Assembly (NCBI GenBank): GCA_964610645.1
Contig: CAZSZE010000004.1
Span: 51,711 to 115,710, forward strand
DNA length: 64,000 nucleotides
From: an uncultured Enterobacterales bacterium
GTDB taxonomy: Bacteria; Myxococcota_A; UBA796; CAJQPC01
Direction: 5' to 3'
Below are positions 53,116-61,004 of this stretch, piece after piece (position 1 is the first letter of the stretch; each line of letters starts with the position of its first letter). The notes beneath the pieces are model-generated. The model was given only the letters and a program-made list of their open reading frames with translations, was not told the origin of the DNA and ran no database searches. Both the position numbers and the translations under genes were made by a program.

Positions 53116-53718
53116 TCAATCCACAGCCGGTCCGCGCCAGGGACACTCGATGCGCTCCATGAGGTCATCGACGAGGCGCAGGGACATGCCCCAGATGTGG
53201 CATCCGTCCAGTTCGACCTCCGGCAGCATGACGTCGTAGCCGTGGTGCTGGTATTGGAATTCTCCCCGGCTTTCACGGGAAAGGAACCTGCTGAAGCCAA
53301 ACCAGTGAACCCCCTGGACCTCTGAGTTGGGGGTGGGCTCTGGCAGGTTTTCCGCATGAAAGACAAAGGCCCGCACCCACATGGGGGCGGACAAGACACC
53401 GGGAGGAACCCGCATGGGCTCCAGCTCTCCCAGCAGGTCGCCGGGGGACAGGGAGAGGGAGAGCTCCTCTCTCACTTCCCGCAGGGCGCCATCCAGGTCC
53501 GAGGCATCTCCAGGATCAATTCGGCCCCCGGGAAAGGCCATGTGGCCCGACCAGGGATCCGCCGGGTGATCGCTGCGGTGAATCATGAGCAGCTCCAGGG
53601 TGCCATCTGTCGCGGTTCGGAAGAGCAGCACCACTGCAGCGCGGAGAATACCGGGCTCGGAGGGCACCGAGGAGCGGGTTTCCGCGGTGATGCAGCGCTT
53701 CAACTGGTCGAGGTCCAT
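53116..53718 (-). CDS. NUDIX hydrolase (CoA pyrophosphatase-like)
   Basis: From ATG 53718: ..AAVVLLF......LELLMI.R......H.G..AFPGGRIDPGD.SDLDGALREVREELSL is a Nudix box with slight spacing variation. The track N-terminal extension overlaps lepB in antisense. Confidence 0.8.
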   Translation of the reverse strand: MDLDQLKRCITAETRSSVPSEPGILRAAVVLLFRTATDGTLELLMIHRSDHPADPWSGHMAFPGGRIDPGDASDLDGALREVREELSLSLSPGDLLGELEPMRVPPGVLSAPMWVRAFVFHAENLPEPTPNSEVQGVHWFGFSRFLSRESRGEFQYQHHGYDVMLPEVELDGCHIWGMSLRLVDDLMERIECPWRGPAVD

Positions 53719-53723
53719 GGGCC

Positions 53724-54575
53724 ATGGATAACCGCAAGGGGAACGCGTTTCCGGATGGGAATACGTTAGAGAGGAGCCGGGCTTGGTGCCTTGGGAGAAA
53801 GTTCGTGGCCTCACCCGAAACCCCTGACATCCTGGACTACGACGAGGAACGGGTGGATTCCCGTCGCCGAAGTGGGGTTGTAGGCTGGTTCTCGGAGCTC
53901 TTTCGCACCTGGGGCCCCGCGCTCTTGGCGGTCCTGGTGATTCGATCCGCTGTGGCCGAGCCTTTTCGGATTCCATCGGGCTCCATGGTGCCGACCCTGC
54001 AGATTGGCGATCACATCCTGGTCTCGAAACTCACCTATGGATTGCGGGTCCCCTTCACCCAGGTGGAGCTACTGCCCCTGGGGGAACCCGAGCGCGGTGA
54101 TGTGATCGTGTTCCGCTACCCCGAGGACCCGTCCGTCGACTACATCAAGCGAATTGTCGGGCTGCCGGGGGACACCATTGAGGTGCGGGACGACGTGGTG
54201 CTTTTGAACGGCGAGGCTGCCACCCAGGTCTTCAAGGATCGCTACCGCTTCCTGGATCGGGCCTGCCGCGCAGAGAGCACCCGGCGCTACTCCGAGCAGT
54301 TGGGAAGCATGAGCCACGAGCTCTTGCACTCCGACGGATTGGTGCCCTACTCCAACTGGGGGCCGCGAACGGTGCCGGAGAGCAGCTACTTCATGATGGG
54401 TGACAACCGGCACAACTCCAAGGACTCACGGGCCTGGGGTTTTGTGAAGCGGGACCAGATCAAGGGAAAGGCCATTCTGGTGTGGCTCTCCTATGACACC
54501 TGTGAGGGAAATCCGCTCATGGGGGACTTCCGCCTGCGGTTTCGCACGGATCGGTTTGGCGAAAAACTGTATTGA
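53724..54575 (+). CDS. lepB: Signal peptidase I
   Basis: S26 boxes are present: FRIPSGSMVPTL (catalytic Ser), GD.I.V.K, RGDVIVFRYP, YIKRIVGLPGD (catalytic Lys) and YFMMGDNRHNSKDSR. The start is uncertain: ATG 53724 is only 6 nt from the divergent NUDIX start, and GTG 53805 is an alternative. Confidence 0.85.
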   Translation: MDNRKGNAFPDGNTLERSRAWCLGRKFVASPETPDILDYDEERVDSRRRSGVVGWFSELFRTWGPALLAVLVIRSAVAEPFRIPSGSMVPTLQIGDHILVSKLTYGLRVPFTQVELLPLGEPERGDVIVFRYPEDPSVDYIKRIVGLPGDTIEVRDDVVLLNGEAATQVFKDRYRFLDRACRAESTRRYSEQLGSMSHELLHSDGLVPYSNWGPRTVPESSYFMMGDNRHNSKDSRAWGFVKRDQIKGKAILVWLSYDTCEGNPLMGDFRLRFRTDRFGEKLY

Positions 54576-54738
54576 GTTCCCATCCGGAAAAGCGGTCTCG
54601 TCGCGGCCTCGGCCACAGCCGTCGCCGGATCGGGCCCGCAAGCCCTTGAAATGACGATGCCATGTCAGCGGGCTCGCAAACCCGACCGGCTTGGCTGGGG
54701 CTGTCGGTCGCTTGAACCGCCATTTCCGGATGGGAACT
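54575..54738. repeat. 164-nt rod-like inverted repeat / extended hairpin filling the lepB / PP2C convergent gap
   Basis: A perfect 16-bp closing stem, AGTTCCCATCCGGAAA (54575-54590) with TTTCCGGATGGGAACT (54723-54738). Further nested pairings are GCGGT/ACCGC, ACAGCC/GGCTGT, GCCGGATCGGG/CCCGACCGGC and GCCCGC/GCGGGC around a ~28-nt apical loop. The arms touch both stop codons. Confidence 0.85.
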
Positions 54739-56008
54739 ACTGATCCTCGTCTGTCGGCTCTGCGGACGAGGGGATCTGCGGCACCATGCGCATGGTGGTT
54801 CGCAAGGTGCGGACCAGGTACTGCATCAGGCGCCAACTGACCTTCACCGCCAGGGCTGTGTCCTCTCGAAGCAGCCGGTTGAAGTCCGCGTGCGAGAGCA
54901 CCAGCAGCCGCACCGGGGTCAGCGCCGTGGCGGTGGCATGGCGCAGGGGGATGTCGATCAGGGACATTTCGCCGAAGTGCCCGGACTCCCCGATTTCAGC
55001 CATCACCGTGCCGCCCCGGGTGAGGCGCACCTGTCCACGGTAGACGATGTAGCACTCCCGGGAGGTGTCCTCTTCCCGGAAGACAAAGGCCCCGGGGGGC
55101 AGGTCCCGGACGTGGCACGCGGACGCCACCTTGGCGAGCTCCCGCCAGGTGCAGAACACAAACAACTCGCAGCGGCGCAGGGCGTTCATGTGATCAGGCA
55201 CCGGACCGGACTGGTCGCGTGCCTCGAACTCCTCCGTGGGCTTCATCTCCGCCAGGAGCACGGTGATGTTGTCCCGGCCGCCCCTTCGGTTGGCCAGGTC
55301 GACCAGGGCATCCACCGCGACATTGCCGGCGGTGTTCTCCACCCAGTGGGCCAGCTCGTGGGCTTCCACGTGCCGGTAGAGTCCATCGCTGGCGAGGATC
55401 AGGCGGTCTCCCGGGGAGAGCGGAATGCGCAGGGAATCCACCATGACGGACTCGAAGACCCCAAGGGCCCGAGTGACCACGTTTCGCTGGTGGTGGGAGC
55501 GCGCCTGCTCCTGGGTGAGGGTGCCCCGCCGGATTCGCTCCTGGACCAGGGTGTGATCCTCGGTGATCTGCCGGGCCTCGTTGTCCCGGAGCAGCCAGAT
55601 GCGCGAGTCCCCCACATGGGCTGTGAAGGCCACATCCGCGGAGATCAACACCGCGTCGAGGGTGGTGCCCATGTGGCGCCCCTCGGTGGTCAGTGCGCCG
55701 GCGGCCCGGTGGATCTCGTGGCTGGCATTCTGCAGGCACTCGGCAAGCAGCGTCTCCAGGAGGCTTGCATGCTCCGGCGAGGGTTCCTTTTCATGTTGGT
55801 CCAGGATCTCCCGGCTTGCCAGGAGACGCTCCTTGATCGCTGAGCAGGCCAGCTCGGAGGCTACCTCTCCGCGCTCCGAGCCGCCCATTCCATCGGCCAC
55901 GATGTACAGGCCCAATTCCGGGTCCACCAGGTAGCTGTCCTGGTTTTCCTGGCGGACGCGTCCTGTGTCGCTGGCCGCCCAGGCCTGGACGTGCAGGGCC
56001 GATGGCAT
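54737..56008 (-). CDS. PP2C-family Ser/Thr phosphatase fused to a C-terminal cyclic-nucleotide-binding domain
   Basis: PP2C motifs: SDTGRVRQENQDS, IVADGMGG, HVGDSR, LASDGL, GGRDNITVLL. The following cNMP-binding beta-barrel pattern is ..F.F.EED.S...YIV..G.V.L.R......E...G..FGEMSLID...R.ATA.A. Confidence 0.85.
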   Translation of the reverse strand: MPSALHVQAWAASDTGRVRQENQDSYLVDPELGLYIVADGMGGSERGEVASELACSAIKERLLASREILDQHEKEPSPEHASLLETLLAECLQNASHEIHRAAGALTTEGRHMGTTLDAVLISADVAFTAHVGDSRIWLLRDNEARQITEDHTLVQERIRRGTLTQEQARSHHQRNVVTRALGVFESVMVDSLRIPLSPGDRLILASDGLYRHVEAHELAHWVENTAGNVAVDALVDLANRRGGRDNITVLLAEMKPTEEFEARDQSGPVPDHMNALRRCELFVFCTWRELAKVASACHVRDLPPGAFVFREEDTSRECYIVYRGQVRLTRGGTVMAEIGESGHFGEMSLIDIPLRHATATALTPVRLLVLSHADFNRLLREDTALAVKVSWRLMQYLVRTLRTTMRMVPQIPSSAEPTDEDQ

Positions 56009-56073
56009 GAAGGTGCTCCGGAGGGAGGGAACATCTTACCGGTGGCGGCTGTCCAGTTTGTGGATCACAAGGG

Positions 56074-57648
56074 GTGTTCCTGGCTCCGGGGCCCGGTATC
56101 ATCTGCACACACGGTTCTGGAGACCACAAGATTCGGCGCTTTTCTCCCTTGCTCCTGATTGAGATGTTGGCGGTGGGGGTGTGGGTTTCCCTCACGGTCT
56201 CGGTGCTCGTGAACCGGTCTCCCGCGGAAGGCCTCCAGCCAATTGACCCGGCGGTTCTCACGGAGGGGGCCGCCTCGGAAGAGTGGTTTGGCATCTACTT
56301 CCAAGACCAGAAGGTGGGATATGCCGTGAACTCCCGGGCTCCCATCGATGGAGGAGGCACCCTGGTTCAGCATCGCTCGGCGTTTCGCATGGCAGCGTTT
56401 GGTGAGATCAAGGAGGTGGTGGTGGCAGCCTCTGCGGTGCTCAACACCGAGGCGCAGGTGCAGCGGTTCGACTTTTTCACAAGCTCGGACCCGGTGCGGA
56501 TGGCGGTTCGGGGGGAGGTTCTCGAGACCGAGTTGGTGGTGGAGCTTCACCAGGCCGGCGAGGTCCAGACGGTGCGTCTGCCCATTGATGCCCCTCCGCA
56601 GATGAGTGCCTCCCTGTCCCAATGGGTGGCCACCCAGGAGGAGATCGCAGAAGGATCGGTGTTCCGGACGCCCTATTTCGACCCGGTCACCATGGCCCAG
56701 GCCACCATGGAGGTTCGGGTGGTTGGCACCGAGCTTCTTTCCAACGGGGAGGAGGCGTACTGGTTGGAGCGGGAGTTCGCTGGGGCCACGACCCGCAGCC
56801 TCGTGACCCCCGCCGGGGACGTTCTTCGGGAGGAGGGGGCGCTGGGCATGGCCATGGTGCGCCAGAGGGCCGAGGAGGCCCAGACACTGCCCACGGGGGC
56901 TGCGCCGGTGGACATCATTGCTCTCTCCGCGGTGCCCCTGACCGGCAAGCTCCACCATCCGCGGAAGGTGCAGCGGCTTGTTTTGCGGATCGCCGGTGTG
57001 GAGCCGGACCGGATCATGGACGACGGCCCGATACAGCAGCGGACCGGGGGCGTGGTGCGGATCCAGAGCCCCACCTGGGCGTCGATCCCCGATGTGCCCG
57101 TGGTCGACACCGACCCTGCCACCGAGGAGCACCGGGCCGCCACGCCGTTCTTGCCCATCGGCGATCGACGCCTGGTGGAACAGGCCGAGGAGATCGTGTC
57201 TGCGCTCCCGACCCGCCGGGCTGCGGTGAAGGCCCTGGTGGACTGGGTGCATGGGTACCTGGTGAAGGCCCCCACCGTGGGTGTTCCCAACGCGCTGGAG
57301 GTGCTGGAAGTCGGCCAGGGGGACTGCAACGAGCACACCGCGCTGTTTGTGGGGCTGGCGCGGGCGGCGGGAATCTCCTCTCGCATCGCGGCTGGGGTGG
57401 TCTATTCCAACCGGGTGACGCGCCACGGCAGCTTCTACTACCATGCCTGGCCGGAGGTCTATTTCGGGCCGGAGGGAGGCTGGGTACCGGTGGATCCCAC
57501 CTTCGGACAGCTGGTGGCGGATGCCACCCACATCAAGCTGGTGGAGGGGGACCTGGCCCGACAGATCGAGATCATGGGGGTCTTGGGCAGGCTGCGCTTC
57601 GACTTGTTGGAAGTGGGCGTGGAGGAGGACCCTGGTGAAGCGGGATAG
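56074..57648 (+). CDS. Membrane-anchored transglutaminase-like cysteine protease domain protein
   Basis: C-terminal core GQGDCNEHTALFVGLARAAGISSR (Cys), ..YYHAWPEVYF (His) and ..WVPVDPT (Asp). The N-terminal TM is MLAVGVWVSLTVSVLV, and ATG 56164 is an alternative start. Confidence 0.75.
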   Translation: MFLAPGPGIICTHGSGDHKIRRFSPLLLIEMLAVGVWVSLTVSVLVNRSPAEGLQPIDPAVLTEGAASEEWFGIYFQDQKVGYAVNSRAPIDGGGTLVQHRSAFRMAAFGEIKEVVVAASAVLNTEAQVQRFDFFTSSDPVRMAVRGEVLETELVVELHQAGEVQTVRLPIDAPPQMSASLSQWVATQEEIAEGSVFRTPYFDPVTMAQATMEVRVVGTELLSNGEEAYWLEREFAGATTRSLVTPAGDVLREEGALGMAMVRQRAEEAQTLPTGAAPVDIIALSAVPLTGKLHHPRKVQRLVLRIAGVEPDRIMDDGPIQQRTGGVVRIQSPTWASIPDVPVVDTDPATEEHRAATPFLPIGDRRLVEQAEEIVSALPTRRAAVKALVDWVHGYLVKAPTVGVPNALEVLEVGQGDCNEHTALFVGLARAAGISSRIAAGVVYSNRVTRHGSFYYHAWPEVYFGPEGGWVPVDPTFGQLVADATHIKLVEGDLARQIEIMGVLGRLRFDLLEVGVEEDPGEAG

Positions 57649-57668
57649 ACTGAAATGAGGGAGAATCC

Positions 57669-57857
57669 ATGACCATGAAGCGCTTGATGTTGAGCCGCCG
57701 GGACCAGAAAGTGGGTGGAGTCTGTGGTGGGTTGGGGGCCTACTTCGGCCTGGATCCGATCTTCTTTCGGGCGGGTTTTGTCCTGGCGATGTTGATCTAC
57801 GGAACCGGTTTGTTGGCGTACGGGGTCCTGTGGTTGCTGATGCCCACCGAAAGGTAG
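57669..57857 (+). CDS. PspC-domain small membrane protein
   Basis: 62 aa. L.RSRRDQKVGGVCGGLGAYFGLDPIFFRAGFVLAMLI.G.GLLAYGVLWLLMP is the PspC domain signature. Confidence 0.75.
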   Translation: MTMKRLMLSRRDQKVGGVCGGLGAYFGLDPIFFRAGFVLAMLIYGTGLLAYGVLWLLMPTER

Positions 57858-57860
57858 GGG

Positions 57861-59240
57861 TCACTCCCCGGGGGTGAGGGCAGGACCGGGGGCGGTGGAG
57901 ATTCCAGGGCGGCGCCAGGTCCAGATGCCGGGGGCGCTGGCTGCGCGCCGGAATCCATCGGCCTCCAGGGAGGCAGACCAGGGATGGTCTGGCTGGAGGG
58001 CGGCAAAGGTGCATCGCGCCAGGATCCGCTGGTCATCGTCGGGCCAGTCTTCGGTCACGTAGAGCTCGGGGCGGGCTGCGAGGGCGGGGGCAAAGCGGGA
58101 TTGGGTCAGGACGATGGCGTTGTCCGGGGCGGATTCCAGCAGCTTCCAGGTGGGGGCCTGGGCGTCCAGGGCGGGGGGGGGGAAGAACTCGCCTGCCGTG
58201 GCGACGCTGTTGGCTGCTGCAAGGCAAGCAGCGATGATCCAGGAGAGGCGCTTTGCCCGCACGCTGCCGAGTGTGGGTTCCGCACGGGACGACAAGCGCT
58301 TCAGGGCTGCCGCCTGAACCCAGGCGAGGCCCGCCCAGGCGATGGCGAAGACATGGGCTGCCCGGTCATTGAGCAGCGCATCCAGGGCGTTTGCTGCGAG
58401 CCAGTTCAGCAGCAGGGGGATGGCTTCCAGGGGGGCGAGGAGGGCCAGCCAGAGACCCGCGCCGGCGCCGTCGCGGAAGAGGGCGTTCTCCCAGGAGAGG
58501 CCCATGCTTGCCACGAGGCCAAGGAACTCGCCGGGCCTGGCGAAACTCCACCGGGTTCCTGTGGCCAGGACCAGCAGCAGGATCCAACCCCCGCATGTGG
58601 CAAGCAGAACCAGTGGCGCTTTGGCGTTTGGTCGGTGGTGCCACCAAAGGGCGGGCAGGAACCCCAGGAGCAGCAGGGCGCACTCTTCACGGCAGGCGGC
58701 TGTTCCCAACAGAAGTACCGCACCCCACACAAGGCGTCCTTCCAGGAGGGCGGCCAGGGCGCAGACCGCCAGGGGGGCGGCCAGGGCAAAGCTCCGGAAG
58801 TCCAGAGTGCCCATGGCCCACAGGCCGGGAAGGAGCAGCCACGCCCCGGTCAGCAGACAGGCTGTGGTGCGGTCCAGGCCCAGCACACGGGGAATCCGGT
58901 AGGCCCCAATTGAGCCCAGGGAGAGCAGGAACACCTGGGCCACGAGCAAGGTCTCCATGGTGGGCCAGGCGCGGATCAAGGGGACGAAAAACGACAGGAT
59001 GGGTTCGGTGTGTCGCCCGGCCAGGAGCCCCGCGCCGCTCTCCGTGGCCAGCAGGGTGCGCTGGGGTTCATCCAGAAAGGCGGCCTGCCAGGTGCGCTGG
59101 AGGAAATAGGCGTTGTCCAGACCCAGGGGCTGGGAGAACTCCCGGTACCGGCCCAGGGCGGTGCGGGCAGCCGCCAGGAACATGACTGCGCCCATTCCGG
59201 TCACAGCAGCCGCGGCAGGAGAGGGACGTTGCAGTTGCAT
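57861..59240 (-). CDS. Polytopic membrane protein (DUF2079-like / GT-C-like architecture, unverified)
   Basis: The likely start is MQLQRPSPAAAAVTGMGAVMFLAAA at 59240, because the track start 59441 would overlap the divergent gene. There are many helices, ..SFFVPLIRAWP..LLVAQVFLLSLGSIGAY.. and a soluble C-terminal segment. Confidence 0.6.
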   Translation of the reverse strand: MQLQRPSPAAAAVTGMGAVMFLAAARTALGRYREFSQPLGLDNAYFLQRTWQAAFLDEPQRTLLATESGAGLLAGRHTEPILSFFVPLIRAWPTMETLLVAQVFLLSLGSIGAYRIPRVLGLDRTTACLLTGAWLLLPGLWAMGTLDFRSFALAAPLAVCALAALLEGRLVWGAVLLLGTAACREECALLLLGFLPALWWHHRPNAKAPLVLLATCGGWILLLVLATGTRWSFARPGEFLGLVASMGLSWENALFRDGAGAGLWLALLAPLEAIPLLLNWLAANALDALLNDRAAHVFAIAWAGLAWVQAAALKRLSSRAEPTLGSVRAKRLSWIIAACLAAANSVATAGEFFPPPALDAQAPTWKLLESAPDNAIVLTQSRFAPALAARPELYVTEDWPDDDQRILARCTFAALQPDHPWSASLEADGFRRAASAPGIWTWRRPGISTAPGPALTPGE

Positions 59241-59291
59241 GACGCTTGGAGCGTACTCCGTCGGGAGACCGATGCGGGGTAGCATCGGCGG

Positions 59292-60413
59292 ATGCCCTGG
59301 CTCCTGGTTTTGCTTGCCTGTGGACGAACACCCCCCCCGGGGCCGGACGTGCTGGTGGTGATCCTGGACACGGTGCGGGTCGACCTCCTGTCGAAGGAGA
59401 GAACCCCTCGCATCCTGGCGCACGCCGAGGACAGCTGGCATCCGATGCAGGCCTGGTCTCCGTCGTCCTGGACTCTTCCGGCGGTGGTGGCGCTGCTGAC
59501 GGGTCGCCCTCCCTGGGAAGTGCTGGGAGAGGGGGACGCGTCCTACCCGCCGGGGGTCAGCATCTGCCAGGAGACTCCCGATCTGCGCTGCGAGATGATC
59601 TCCGCAAATCCCTATGTGACCAAGAGCCGGGGATTTGATCGGGCCTTCGATGTCCTCCAGGAGGTGCAGTCAGACAAGGAGGCCGTGGAGAAGGCACTGG
59701 AGGCGTGGGCGCTGCCTGGCCCAAAAGCGGTGTGGGTGCACCTGGTGACGCCGCACCTTCCCTATGAACCCACCCGCGTGCCCCCCGGTTCAACCCCGCG
59801 CGTGGGGGACAAGTTCTGGGACCTGGATGGCTGGGAGTCCTATGGGGCCGGCGATCGGGCACGCATCTCGGCGCTGTATGCAGCGGGACTTGCGGACCTG
59901 GATGACCGGGTGGGGGAGCTGTTGGATGGGGTGGGACCGGGCGCCATCACCGCGTTGATTTCGGACCATGGCGAGGAGTTGTTTGAACAGGGTGGGTTTG
60001 AGCACGGCCATGCCTTCTGGGAGGGCGTCACCCGCATTCACGCGGCGATTTCGGTGCCCGGCGTGGCACCGTCCCGTCCCTTGAAGCCCCTGCAAATCCA
60101 CCATGTGGGGCGGGTGTTGGGGGCCTGGCTCCAGGGGACCGCGCCTGAGGCCCTGGATCTGCCCGATGTCTTGGGGTTCTCCCACCCCCTCTCCACCCGC
60201 GCCACGATCCGACACACCTGGGGCGCCCGGGATGCAGATGGAGTCTTGTTTCTTGGCACAGCCGGGGGGCACAAGGAAGGGGCGAGCGGCCACCTTGCAG
60301 CCACGATCCAGGACATGAAGAAGGGGCTGCCGGCGGCGCGGCCGGCTCCGGAGATTCCCCCTGCTGAACGCAAGCGGCTGGAGGCCCTGGGATACACGGG
60401 GGTGGCCCCTTGA
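59292..60413 (+). CDS. Alkaline-phosphatase-superfamily (sulfatase-like) hydrolase/transferase lipoprotein
   Basis: MPWLLVLLACG is a lipobox. It carries VLVVILDTVRVD (metal-ligand Asp), ..SSWTLPAVVALLTGR (nucleophile region) and ..LISDHGEELFEQGGFEHGH... By my manual alignment a Thr occupies the position of the sulfatase Cys/Ser. Confidence 0.7.
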   Translation: MPWLLVLLACGRTPPPGPDVLVVILDTVRVDLLSKERTPRILAHAEDSWHPMQAWSPSSWTLPAVVALLTGRPPWEVLGEGDASYPPGVSICQETPDLRCEMISANPYVTKSRGFDRAFDVLQEVQSDKEAVEKALEAWALPGPKAVWVHLVTPHLPYEPTRVPPGSTPRVGDKFWDLDGWESYGAGDRARISALYAAGLADLDDRVGELLDGVGPGAITALISDHGEELFEQGGFEHGHAFWEGVTRIHAAISVPGVAPSRPLKPLQIHHVGRVLGAWLQGTAPEALDLPDVLGFSHPLSTRATIRHTWGARDADGVLFLGTAGGHKEGASGHLAATIQDMKKGLPAARPAPEIPPAERKRLEALGYTGVAP

Positions 60414-60982
60414 GCTCTGGTTTCCATCCCGTGATTCACCTGCCGCCCGATGTGCAGGTGCTGGATCTGTCGTCCCCCGAGGGGGTCGAGGCGCCGCGCA
60501 CCAGCGAATTCAGCGTGGGCCGGTACAACGAGGTGCGCTGCATCTATACGCAGCCCCTGTTTGGGGGGAAGCGGAACATCCACGTGGGCATCGACCTCGG
60601 GGCGCCGGCGGGCACACCGGTGCATGCATTCATGGCGGGCGAGTTTTTTTCGCTTGGAAACAACGACAAGGAAGGAGACTACGGACCGACCCTGGTGACC
60701 CGCCACGAGCTGGAGGGAGAGGTGATTTGGGCTTTGTTTGGGCACCTTTCTCTTGGTTCTCTGGAGGGGAAGACAGCGGGGCAGGCGGTGGCCCGGGGAG
60801 AGGTGCTGGGCTGGGTGGGGAAAGAGGGGGAGAACGGCGGATGGCCCCCCCATGTGCACTTTCAGCTCTCCCGGGTGGAGCCTGTGGCCGCGGATTTTCC
60901 GGGGGTGGTGACCTCTGACGAGCGGGAGCAAGCGCTGCGGGACTACCCGGATCCGCGGAGGGTTCTCGGGCCGATCTACTGA
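60410..60982 (+). CDS. M23-family (LytM-type) metallopeptidase domain protein without recognisable signal peptide
   Basis: The TTG start overlaps the upstream stop (TTGA). It has NIHVGIDL (HxxxD), ..GTPVHAFMAGE.., ..FGHLS.....G..V..GEVLGWVG..GENGGWPPHVHFQL (HxH). Confidence 0.75.
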   Translation: MSSGFHPVIHLPPDVQVLDLSSPEGVEAPRTSEFSVGRYNEVRCIYTQPLFGGKRNIHVGIDLGAPAGTPVHAFMAGEFFSLGNNDKEGDYGPTLVTRHELEGEVIWALFGHLSLGSLEGKTAGQAVARGEVLGWVGKEGENGGWPPHVHFQLSRVEPVAADFPGVVTSDEREQALRDYPDPRRVLGPIY

Positions 60983-61004
60983 CTGACGATGCGGGCCATG
61001 AGGA

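Noticed and set aside
56065-58014. 649-aa minus ORF
   Set aside because: It is antisense to the transglutaminase-like and PspC genes.
58173-58182. G10 homopolymer (C10 on the coding strand, encoding FFPPP) as a slipped-strand phase-variation tract in the DUF2079-like gene
   Set aside because: G/C runs of 7-8 occur repeatedly in this window (for example near 7871, 20868, 22613, 25265, 37424). A rough expectation for a 10-mer in 64 kb of about 67% GC DNA is of order one, so there is no evidence of variation from a single sequence.
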